Positions 41,119 through 53,100 of a stretch of 64,000 nucleotides of DNA are shown piece after piece. Position 1 is the stretch's first letter; the number at the start of each line of letters is the position of its first letter. The position numbers were made by a program, and so were the translations under genes. Under the pieces are notes generated by a model. The model did no database searches. It worked only from the letters and a program-made list of their open reading frames with translations, and was not told the DNA's origin. Where the stretch lies: positions 3,472,001-3,536,000 of the forward strand of contig CATNEN010000029.1 in the NCBI GenBank assembly GCA_950097015.1, given 5' to 3'. This DNA comes from Macrostomum hystrix. Lineage: Eukaryota > Animalia > Platyhelminthes.

Positions 41119-44100
41119 TTCCTCTTGCGCTCTCTTTGGCGACTCCAGCTCTGCCAGGCACTCCTTGATAGCTCGCATGGCTCCTGCGGAATGTTCGAAA
41201 ATCGCAATCACCTTAACGGCATTGCAAATAAAGTACATCAGCTGACTGAAGCTGTCAGTCAGTCAGTCCAATTCTCACCGGGGGTGTGCCGGAAGTAAGC
41301 CACGCACGCCTGAGACACGCTGTTCCGGTTAGCCTCGTCCGGTATCTCGGTCAGCCGGTTAAGTCTCAGGTTGAAGAAGTCCCGCTTCGTGTGCATGTAG
41401 TCCTCCTCCCTGCGCTTGCTGGTGGAGTGCAGCATGTTCTGGCCAACCTCGCGGCTGCGATGCGGCAACGAAATTCATTCAGGAAACTTAATCAATACTA
41501 TAGAGCTAAGGAAGCAGAGGAACTAGAGCTAGGGGAAACAGAGGAACTAGAGCTAGGGGAAGCAGAGGAACTAGAGCTAGGGGAAGCAGAGGAACTAGAG
41601 CTAGGGGAAGCAGAGGAACTAGAGCTAGGGGAAGCAGAGGAACTAGAGCTTTGGGAAGCAGAGGAACTAGAGCTTTGGGAAGCAGAGGAACTAGAGCTAG
41701 GGGAAACAGAGGAACTAGAGCTAGGGGAAGCAGAGGAACTAGAGCTAGGGGAAGCAGAGGATCTAGAGCTAGGGGAAGCAGAGGAACTAGAGCTAGGGGA
41801 AACAGAGGAACTAGAGCTAGGGGAAGCAGAAAAACTAGACCGATTGGAAGCTATAAACTGTTGGTGAAGTTGAAATTGAAGTATCTAGGATGAAATGTTA
41901 CTAAGAGCAGGAAAGTTTGAAGAAAAGTTTGATGAAAAGGAAGCAGTGCTGATTAAATCCGGAACCTGAGTTCGCAGTCCTCACCGGATCATCGTCACGT
42001 CCTCGCTACTCAGATCGGTCAAGAGACTTCGATCGAAGTTGAAGATAATTCTTGGAAAACGGGCTTGATGGCTGCTCAGTCGTTCGACACTGGCGCCAGA
42101 TCTGTCTGTGGACAGAGCGGAGGAGCGTTGCGTACCCGTGAGACCCAGCTGTCGCCGGCGACGCCGTTGACTAGCCATCTCGGCTGTTGTTCCACTAGGC
42201 GACATCTGCCTGGTGGACATTGTGTCATCATGCGTTGGCGGCGGCAGCGGCGGCGGTGGGGCTGTATCCATGCGGTAAATCTCCAGTGCGTCGCAGACTC
42301 GATTGGCGGTGAGCCGGCTGGCATGGCCGCCTGGCAGCTTCGGTCGACTCGACTGCGTTCGGCAGGGTACAATTGGCTCGATTTGCACTACTTATGAGTA
42401 ATATCATGCGCAAATTGGTTGGTAAGAGCCTTTAAGAGCCTGACCATCGCTTTTCAAAGCCTATTCGTTTCAGAGCTAATTTATGGCACCAAAGGCTATC
42501 GACGCACCATGATCCATGATCAGGTACAAACTAGGTTGTTGAAGTTTTTCATTTATAGTGAAAATGTGAATTACCAATAGTACAAAATAATTCTTCACTT
42601 TGTATTTCATTTTGGATTTGCGTTTTCTTTAGTGATCTAATTGACGAAACTGAACTGCGCCTATGAGAATTTCTCTATGAAGAAGAACAGTTTAACGCGG
42701 AAATTTAATTAATTGACTTAAAAGGCAATTCTTGAAGAGAAAATTAATTCACAAAAGGCCGGCTACTTACGGCTGTAAGAGTTCGCATAACAGTCTTAGT
42801 CTCGCGGTACGGACTCAGGTCATTGAAGGTGGCTGGTGTGTAGCGACGTCTGAAGAATTAAAAAGTTTTATATTTTTTTCGAAAAAAACTTGAGACTAGT
42901 GTGTACGGCCCTGGCCGGAACTTTCGGACCACGGCGAGGTATCGACAATTTCTAGACTCAATATAAAAATGAGTTCAAATCGCATCGTACTAAATAAATG
43001 TCAAAATGTCTCACTCCCTCGGCCGAAGTCCCTCAATACGGTGGCCGAATTTGCTTAACTCGTGCTGCAGCTTGTGCAGCTGCTCCTTGAGCTGCTCGGT
43101 CTGCAGGTCCTTCACCTTGAAGTCGGCCTTGAAATTTGATGCGTCCGTCTGATCTAGAACGATTTTTGTAAAGAAAAAATTCTTGACTGTGGCCGTAAGC
43201 CATCTGTACTTTAAACAATTCTTAGCAGGCCGTAGTGGGGGCCACGCCTGTGCTGAATCTCGCATTTTGAGGGGGCGAAAATGGTTTGAAACGGACTTGC
43301 TAGTACGGAGCATCGCAAAGGAAATGGAATGGCGAAAGTCGATACTTCAATTCTAGCAGTATTGGTAGCCATGGCAACCTATCAAGTAAGCTACGAGTAT
43401 AAGGAATACTACGCGACAGAGTTGTTTGTTGTGAGCTCCTCTTTGCTCGGATGAAGTTAAGCGGGTGAAGGAGACACTGGCTTAGACAGCTCATTTTAAC
43501 TGAGAAAATAGAGGAGAGAACACAAGTAATTTGATCTCAATTGGGACTCTAGTAACAGGCCAACAATACCTCTGTACAAGCTACTGTCTAAGTATTACCT
43601 GCAGTACGTTTTAGTAGACTCATAAAATTCCTTAAAATTAAAAAACTTTAACCTAAAAACTTCTTTGCGTAAGGGGTAAATTTGTTATTCAAAAAGTATA
43701 CCAACATATTGTTAAGCCGCACTCACTCGAACTTTTCTCGCCACCAGCTGTCGGACTTCTGATGGAAGTCGTCGGTGGAAGCTCCCACTGCCTCTGGTCC
43801 ACCTCGTACACGTAGTCGATCCTCAACAGGCTGGATGTCTCATCTTCCCTGCGTCGACGGCGTCGCTTCCGTTGTCCATCCTCGTTTGGCCCGTCTCGTC
43901 GGACGCCGTATCGACCTCTTCGATGATGACGACTACTTTCGTCGGCGGCGTCTGAGTCACCGTAGGAGGAGGATGAATGCGACCGATCCAATGGAGTTGA
44001 CGAAGCGCTTCTGCCTGGCGAGCTCTTTCTGCTGCGGTGCCGATGCTTCCTCTGTCTCTGGCGCTGGTGTCCGCCCTCTGGAGCCTCCTCTGTTGAACTG

Positions 44101-45965
44101 TCTGATGAGTAGCGATTTCTATGCGGTCGAAGAATCTCCCGGCGCAGCTGCGTGTCTTCAGAGACTGGCGAGCCGTGCGTTCGCCTGTCTGCTATGCCCT
44201 GGCTACTTTTACGATTCACCTTGTGCTGCCGCCGGCGTTGTGTCTGATGCTGTCCATCACCGCTAAAGGAGGCCTCACCACCCCGCTTGCTTGCGTTATC
44301 ACGACTTCGGCTCCTCGTACCGTTGTTGTTGGTCTCAGTCGTTTTGGCTGCCTGACCGTCGTCACTGCTTTTGCGTCCCATTTTCTGATCGTCTGATCGA
44401 GTGGAAGATCTAACTCCATGAGAGGTGGTTGCTGTGGTCTGGGCTTGTTTGTTTGCTTGGTTTTGCTCGACTACTGACGATCTCGATTGCCGTTGTTTCC
44501 CACCAAATGCTGAAGCAGATTCTCCTGTCTCTGACTCCGGGCCTTTTTCAAACCTTCTGGTTGATTTGGCGCTCACAGCGGCGCTCACAGCGGCGCTCAC
44601 AGGTCGTGAATTGCTCCGAAGCGAGCCCAGACTCACGTTAGGTATTATATGTAGCTCTGAGCCGCTGTCGCTGTTAGCTGCCTCGTCTTCCTGTTCTGTT
44701 CTGTTTTGCTGTACAGACGAATTTTCCTTCGCCTCCTTCAACTCCTCTGCTGCCGCATCGCCGCGGTTGGCGTCTATCTGACTATTCTCGTTTCTCAAAG
44801 AACTGTCGCTTTGGTGTTTGCGTTCATCCGAATCCGACTTCTTCAGAATCGTGCCTTCTTGGTCGTCCTTACGATTCGCACTATTCTCTCCCATATTCGG
44901 CTTTTTTCGCAGCGCAGAGTCGTGGTTGTGCTGTCTGTTATTTGCTATTTCCAAATATTCATATCTGTCTGCGCCCTTTTCGCCAGCTGAATCTTTATCT
45001 GGAATTCCAGCAGCTTCGCTCTCGTTGATGTCTTGTCTCTTCTCTTCTTTAGGTTGGTTGTAACCGCCGATGTGACCTTCTGAGGATTCAGTGCTTTCAT
45101 TGTTCGAGCCTTGTTGTTGATTGTCTTCCACGAAGTCTTTTTTCTTGTTCGCTTGCTTGTCCACGGACTCTTGCTCGTCCTCTGACGCAGATTCTCGTTG
45201 CGCATCCCTATTGTCTGAACCCATTTGAGTCTCGCCACTATGAGAATTGCACTCAGTCAGCTCGTTCACAACTTGGCCCTGAAGTTGAGCAACGTATTCA
45301 TTTTGCGACGAGCCACGCATTGCTTCCCTTGCTTTCTCGTTGCTCTTCGAATTTTCTCCATCAGTTTCATGCTGATCAACTGTGTCTTTCTGAAGACTAC
45401 TGCCCTCCTCTTCGAATGGATATTCTGCATTCTCGTCAACATCATTTAAACAGTTTCTGCCTTGGTCATTGGCTTTCTCAACTTCAGCCTTACCTCGTTT
45501 CGGCTCAGCAACCAGTTCGGTTGTTTCTATATCGGTCTGTGTTGTTTCGAGTGCATTGTTCGACTTTGAACCAACTGATTTCTGGGTTCTTGTGTCGGAA
45601 TCGGACATGGGGTTGCCTGCTACTCCCGCCTCGGGATGTGCACTCAGTTCACATTCTAATGCCATATTGTTTTCAGCGACCTCCATAGAAATGCTTGTGT
45701 TCTGCTGCTGATTGGCAATACGATCTGTTTCGATGGCTGATCCACTGCCTGACTTCCTGCTCGCAGCTCCATCTGAGTAACCGATGACTGAGCCAGCACC
45801 TGGCTTGCTGCTGTCTCCTCCATTGCTGATGCCGCCGTCCGGGTTCAAATTACCTTCGCCACTCGATTCTGACTTTGCGGAACTGCCGGACAGCTCAGTG
45901 ACCGCTTGACTTGACCCATTTGCAGCTAGTTCGGTCTCTTCACTTTGCATCCTTCTAGAATTCAC
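41116..45965 (-). CDS. Uncharacterised protein: very large charged low-complexity exon plus a compact C-terminal region; exons ~45965-43727, 43153-43015, 42849-42771, 42387-41985, 41454-41279, 41183-41116
   Basis: There is a 758-codon open frame, and four of five junctions are GT-AG and phase-consistent. The 42771/42387 junction is not, so an exon may be missing. The start is unresolved. The C-terminus reads REVGQNMLHSTSKRREEDY...QACVAYFRHTPGAMRAIKECL. Confidence 0.6.
41500..41840. repeat. 24-bp minisatellite (GAAGCAGAGGAACTAGAGCTAGGG)n, intronic
   Basis: About 14 units, inside intron 41455-41984 of the minus-strand gene. Confidence 0.95.
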
Positions 45966-46854
45966 GGTCTCTTCCTATCTGGTCTTTTCAGATATTCTGA
46001 GCGTCCTGTTTTGTCTTGAGTTGAGTCATTGGCTCGAAAAAGAATAAACTGGCGCTTTTAGCTAACAAATATGTACACCTCTTTGTAAAGTTAAACTCAC
46101 ATTTCTTTTCTGCCGATGCATGAACATGAGAAAAGTGCCAGCCCAAAGCGATCCCCTCTCACTACTCTCTCCGCATCGTACAGTGTCACTTTTTTCATTG
46201 CAGTTTCCATGGAGACAAAAGAGAGACGGCAATGATTTGGGGAACGCAATGAGGAGGTGGGCCGGCAGCAATAGCATTTGCTGGGAGGCCTGCTGACGGC
46301 AGATGAAGGCGAGTTGGAAGAGATGGATTGGCCAAAAATATGCTGTCCATTGAGCGGCGTCAGCTCACCATGCATAACCCGCTGCTGCCCAAACAATAAG
46401 CTGACAGGAAGCCATGCATTGACTGTAGGTCTAAGCTGTAAAGCGTCGGTTAGCGCACCGATTCACAAACAAGAGCCGCTTTATTGGTTATGCTCTGCTT
46501 CACTGAATCGGAGAGCTAATTACTTTTATTGAGCGGACGGTGTAAATATAGTAGTTGCAGTTTTTATGAGTACTTTTTCGCTTAAAAGCTCAGGTTCCAA
46601 AAAGTTGTTCAAATGTATGTCCAATTCTTTGGTAGCTGCAAGACCATGCGATAAGCAGTCACATGACCGCAGGTCCGACCAAAATGACCATGTCGGGTGC
46701 CTTAGAAACTTGCTTAGAAGTGTACAATTATAAATCTAGACTACGCAATCCTTTGCGCAATTTGTATGTGCTCTAACATATAAAAAAAATAACCGAAGCG
46801 AGAGGCACAAAAAATTAACCAAAGACCACAAGACCACAAAGACCACAAGTGTAG

Positions 46855-46892
46855 CTAGCTAGCTAGCTAGCTAGCTAGCTAGATAGATATAT
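46855..46892. repeat. (GCTA)n/(GATA)n microsatellite
   Basis: Read directly. Confidence 0.85.
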
Positions 46893-47103
46893 AGATAGAT
46901 AGATAGATAGAATCCAAAAATTCCGGAATGTTTCGATTGCACACGAAACGAGTTTCTTATGCAATGGCGTACGTTTGAAATGCCATTTTCCAAGACATCT
47001 ATATTCTTTTCTGCCGAATTTACCCGTTCTTAATCTCTAACGTAATTTAGGCGGTATACGAAACTTATCACTACATTAGACTGGCTTGAGGAATAACTAT
47101 AAA

Positions 47104-50100
47104 ATGGCTGATAACGTTGAGTCAAGTTACGATGCTCAAAGAGAATACCAGCAAGAGCAGGTTGCTGATTCTGGTGAGCTTCGCCAGAGAAAGGTAAATA
47201 TGTAAATATAGGTTTTATTTCTGTGTTCTATGAAACTATATATATATATTTACTATCTGATATTGTCCCTTCTGAATATATAGTTATAATTACAGATAAT
47301 TAGTAACTAGTATTTTTGTAATTTATGAGCTCTAGCAAAGTAAAATTCATGTAGGTACTTTATTTAACTGTATGGTCTTCATGAATTCTGGTCAATTAAG
47401 AAATAGTAAACTGGGTAATAACTGTTTGGTATTTAGCTATCTATAATTAACCAGTTACTAGTTATTACTTGTTAGAATGTTAACTCCCCTAAGTATTAAA
47501 TGCAATATGCATATTAAGGTCCTAAGTTAAATGTAGTATATATTAGTATATACAATAGTAAATATCTCTTTAGTTAATAACCTAGTGTGCTTTTTGTATA
47601 TTTTTTGTAATACATTTACTAACTAAGCAGATCTAGCTAATGTTCTGTAGCATACTTTTTCATAATTTATTGTTCACCTAGCCTGAAAAGTATTAACTGT
47701 AGTCACTAGTCTACTTATTTGACCTAATATTGTTCTAATATTTTGTAAGTTAAAATTACTCAGTTTTGGGCATAGGTCTGATACTCTGATAGTATTGCCA
47801 ATATCGAAGTATTGGACCTTGATACCTTTTTCTCAGTATTTGACCTTGGTATTGAGCAATACATTTTCTAAGTTCAATAATCCAATTCATTTAATTTAAT
47901 AGTAATAAATTTTGTTCTTTGTACTAAAAAGCCTAGAAAGGATTAAAAAAAGTAACAAAAATACAAAAGCATGTTGTCTACTGATGATGATTTCATTTAT
48001 GTTGATGATGCTTCTATGACTGTTTCTACCACTAGCACAATAGGCCAAAGTCTGCCTAATCAAGAAAATCTAATTGTGGCACTGCCAAACTTATAATATT
48101 TTGCCCATTTAATCTTCTTCGCTGGTCAGCCACATCTCACTAGAGTCTTTAGTGTCTAAAAAAAGTAGCTAAGAGCTTTTTCTTCATTTTTGGCTTGATA
48201 GATGCAGAAAACACAAAAAATGATGTATCGGACCATTTATTGGAATAAAGTATTGCGCAATACTCAAATTTTGGTATCGGACCAACAAATATTGCCTATA
48301 CCTTTTAGAGAATTGGTATGGGAGTATCACTTTAAAGCGATACTTTGTTAAAGTATTGCACCCAACACTGAAAATACTATTTTACTACAGTATAAAATAA
48401 AATTTGTCTGGCTGTATTGAATCATTTATCAAAAGGAAAATCTTTTTCATGCATTTTATTTACAATTAACAACTCATGCTAGCTGCTCATAAATATCCCA
48501 AGGTTGCCACCCAAGCTGCTGCTGCTGATGATGGCGATGCTGCCACTGTGGAAGACGAAGCCACTGCGCCTGTCGATCCAGCTGTGGCGCAGTCCATTGG
48601 GCAGGGCACAGACCAGTCGCCCGGAATTCTTCAGCGCCTGCTGGCACCGCTGCCACCGCGCTGGCAGAACTGGGTGGTGCGCGGCATCATGAGCGTTGTC
48701 ATGATTAGCATCTTCTCTATTATCGTCTATTTGGGACCCCTGGCCATGGTTGTGCTGGTAAGTTATTGTACTGAAGTATCGGGGTGTAGCTGTGACAACT
48801 GACTCACTGAAGTATCGGGGTGTAGCTGTGACAACTGACTCACTGAAGTATCGGGGTGTAGCTGTGACAACTGACTCACTGAAGTATCGGGGTGTAGCTG
48901 TGACAACTGACTCAATTAATTATCAGTGTGTAGCTGTGACAACTGACTCACTGAAGTATCGGGGTGTAGCTGTGACAACTGACTCAATTAATTATCAGTG
49001 TGTAGCTGTGACAACTGACTCAATTAATTATCAGTGTGTAGCTGTGACAACTGACTCAATTAATTATCAGTGTGTAGCTGTGACAACTGACTCAATGAAG
49101 TATCGGGGTGTAGCTGTGACAGTGCCTCGCACTGATGTCATCATACCTCAATCTACCAGAAGAGATGAAACCACATTTCAGATTCTGATCATCCAGATGA
49201 TGTGTTTTTACGAGATCATCAACATCGGCTACGTGGTGTACAAGAGCCAGGACCTGCCCTGGTTCCGCACCCTGAGCTGGTTCTTTCTGTTCACATCAAA
49301 TTATTTCTTCTTTGGCGAGAGTATGATCGATCAGTTCCGCATTCTGCTGCAGCGAGATGTGAGCCGACCTTCTGACTTGGCTAGAATAATTTCGGGTGTC
49401 GTTAAAGCAGACCACGGGAATAATTCAAATAGTCACATTATTTTTTATTTATCTAAAATATTTAACCAATCGTCATGAAAATCCAGATGGCGGACTTTTA
49501 CGAAAATCGGTCATTCGGTTTGGGAACAATCGTGAAGTAGGCAGTGGAGTAGAGTTTTGTAGAGTTCATTTCTAAAGTTAAAGCTATCTAGTTTGTCCCC
49601 GCCGTGCCTCCGCAAAAGTGTCTCTGGATAATTAAAATAGTGACCAATTTGGATTAAACGAATTGTAATCGACAAGATTTCTATTTCAAACTTTCAGCAA
49701 TTTCTGCAGCCGCTGCTAACCTATCACCGGTTTATCTCATTCTGCCTGTACTGCAGCGGCATTGTGGCATTCGTGGTCAGCCTAGTCAAGAAGCACTACC
49801 TGCAGCAATTCACATTGGTAAGTTTCTAATTTGAAAAGCACTATTTAAACGCAGACTATAGAGTTCGACCGACAAATATTCCCGTTTCCAGTTTGGCTGG
49901 ACGCACATGGCTCTGCTTGTACTGGTCACCTCGTCTCACTTCATGATTCGCAATGTCTTCAATGGCGTCATTTGGTTAGTGCCTGATTAAACAGCTTGCT
50001 TCTTTTCATTCAATCTCAATGTACCGTATGTAAGAACGGATAGACTTAGAGATTTACTGGAGTATCAGGGGAGCTGCTGACTTACTTGACTTATCTGCAG

Positions 50101-53100
50101 GGCGGTCCGACGGACGCAGCGGGGAGGCGGGAGTCGCCCATTCCGCTAATCCCTGAAAGACCCGCAATCGGCCGATGGCGCGGGGCCAGTCAGGGAGGTC
50201 CGTGTTCGGTCCTTCCTGCAGCTTGTTCCTCGCTGGGGAAGAAAGAGGCTCGTCTGGTAGCCCTTAGGAACCGGACGAGCCGCGGGATGTTCTCGGATCT
50301 GCAAACATCGTCCATGGATGGGTTTGGTCCGAGGTGATTAAGCCTCTCTCTGGTGAAGAAAGGGCAGTGGCAGACGAAGTGCAGGGCATCCTCGTCCTCA
50401 AGGTTGCAGAAAGGGCACAGCTCACTCCGGAGGTCTCCACGGAGGAAACAGTGTCTGGCGTAGCAGCCATGGCCCGTGAGGGTCATGGTGAGGGCCCGGA
50501 TGTCCTTCCGGGTCTGGTTCAGAAGGACCTTCCGGAGCCGAGCGGATGGCACTGGAACTGCCGCTTTGGATTGGCGGCAGTTAGTGGTGCTTCTCCACCG
50601 GGTAAGATGGAGGTTGGCAGTCCAATCATTAATCTGACGATAAATGACGGTGCTCGGAATCGGAGCCGGGGGGAGGGGCCCGGCGCAGAGCTGGCTCCTC
50701 CCTGCTTGGCCAGGTGGTCAGCAAGCTCGTTACCAGGGAAACCGGCGTGCCCTGGTATCCACTGAAGTCTGACGGTATTTTTACCGGCCAGGTTATTGAG
50801 CTGCCGGACACAGTCGGAGACTGTCCGGGAGGTTGTGGTGGTGTGACAGAGGGCTTGCAGAGCAGCCTGACTGTCCGAGTGAAAGATGATAGTCCTGCCT
50901 GAGATGTTTTTCTCATTCAACTCCGCAGCGCAGGAGCTGATGGCCAGGACCTCGTTCTGGAAAACGCTCGAGGATTTTCCAGTGTGTTGGGCGTGTGTGG
51001 CGACAACACGTCCGTTGATAAGGATACAGACCCCGAAGCCAGCGGAGTCATCCTTCATGGATCCGTCCGTGTAGCAGTGGACCTCCTGGGTGTTCCAGTG
51101 GTCGCTAACTTGGTCCCTGGTGGGGATGAGAACCTTAAAGCGCTGAAGGAGGTTGAGCGAGCACGGTTCACCGTCCGTAAGGACATTGATTCCGTTGCTC
51201 GTACCCAAGTCTCTCAGGCAAAGGTCCGTGTGCGGCAGGAGCTTTCGCTTCGCTGCCGCTCGTTGGGGGACGAAGCGCACACCGGCATCAAGGAGACGCC
51301 GGGCGGTTTTTGCCGCCTCCCCGCGGATAAAGATATCGAGCGGGAGGATGTTCAAGAAGGCGTTGAGGCCATCGAAGGGGGCGGATGGCGGGGCGCTCAT
51401 GATCGTTCGACATGCGCGACCTTGCACTCTCCGAAGAGTCTCATGGCAGGTCTTAAGCTGCAGGGCACTAGCCCAGATCAGTCCGGCGTACGAGACAGCC
51501 GGCCTGACCATAGCAGTGTAGATCCACCATAGACGTTTGGGGGTGAGACCCCACGTGTTGCCCACCGCCCTGCGCAGCTGCGCCAGGATCGCAAAGGCCT
51601 TTTTGGCTTTGGCATGGACATGAGGAGTCCAGCTGAGCCTGTGATCGAGCGTTATGCCCAGGCATTTAGTTTGCTTCTGGAAGGTGATGTCCTTTCCATA
51701 CAGCTGCAGGGGGCGAATATGCCATTTGTTTTTGCTGGTGAACATGATCGCCGCTGTCTTAGACTCGGAGAGCTTCAGACCGCAGCGAGTTGCCCATCTT
51801 TCGGCGTTGTTGATAAAGTTTTGCAGAAGGTCTCGCAGGGCCTCTGGTACCGGGCCAGATGCCACTGCCGTAACATCATCCGCATAGCCGACCTTTAGGA
51901 TGGGGTCTGGCTGAGAGTCTCGTAAGAGCTCGTCGATAACCATGTTCCAGAGAACTGGTGAGAGGACGCCGCCTTGTGGGCAACCTTTGCAGACAGTGAC
52001 CGTCCGCTGGTGTCCAAGAAGGTGTGCCGTAGCAGTGCGGTGGCGGACTATGTACATGATCCACCTCCTAAGATGCGAATGCGTGTGCCGCATACGTAGG
52101 GCCCTGTCAAACGCCTCGAAGAGAACGTTGTCGAAGGCCCCGTCAATATCCAGGAAGATGCTCAGGGCAAAGCCGTTCCCGAGGACGGCCTTTTCCAGAG
52201 CGTCCACCAGAGCGTGGAGAGCGCTTTCGGTGGAACGTCCCGACCGAAAGGCGTGTTGATTGCCGCTTAGTGGCATATTTTTCAGCTCCACAGAGAGGAG
52301 GCGCCAGAGCACCAATCTCTCCATCAGTTTGACCATGGTGGAGGTTAGGCTAATTGGCCGAAACGATTTAATGGAATGGTAGTCCGGGCGGCCTGGCTTG
52401 GGGATAAAAACCACCCTCGCCTCGGTCCATGCCTTCGGAACATACCCAAGCACAATGCAAGCCTTAAGGAGCTTGCAAAGATTAGTGAGGAAGCCATGGC
52501 ATTTTACCGCCTCGCGGATGAAGGCTGGTATAATGCCGTCCGGCCCCGGGGATTTGAAGGGTTTGAAAGACTGGGCTGCCTTGGTAACCCGGTCTTCAGT
52601 AATGATGGACGTCGCAAGGATATGACCTCCCTCGGTGTGATCCGGGGGGTCTGTCCCTGCTGGCACGCTGGGGAAAAAGGCTGTGAGCATAGTGTCGAGC
52701 GTTTCCCCAGGGTTCTCGGTGGGTCGGCCATCGGCCTTCCTCACCGTCGAAAGCTTGGACATTTTGTCCAGCGTGAGGGCTTTGACAATTCTGGAGGTGG
52801 GGCGAGTGCCCTCAAGCTCCTCACAGTATTGCCGCCACTTGCTGTTTTTGGCGTTTCTGACTTCCTTCTTGAAGCTATGGATGGCTTCGAGATACGCAGC
52901 CTGATCAGCCGGGTTTTTTGTCTTCGTGGCCCTGCGGTGCAGCCGCTTCGCCGTTCGACGGAGCTCGCCGAGCTGCGGATTCCACCATGGGGCCGAAGTT
53001 TTGCCTCTGTAAGCTTTGAGGGGGCAGGAGGCCTCGAAGGCGGTGGTCAGCGAGTTGGTGAGAAACTCAGCTAGCTCATCCGCTTCATCGCAGGTGTTGG

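Noticed and set aside
41286-41867. 193-aa Glu-rich ORF on +
   Set aside because: It is the antisense of a real minus-strand exon plus a 24-bp intronic repeat.
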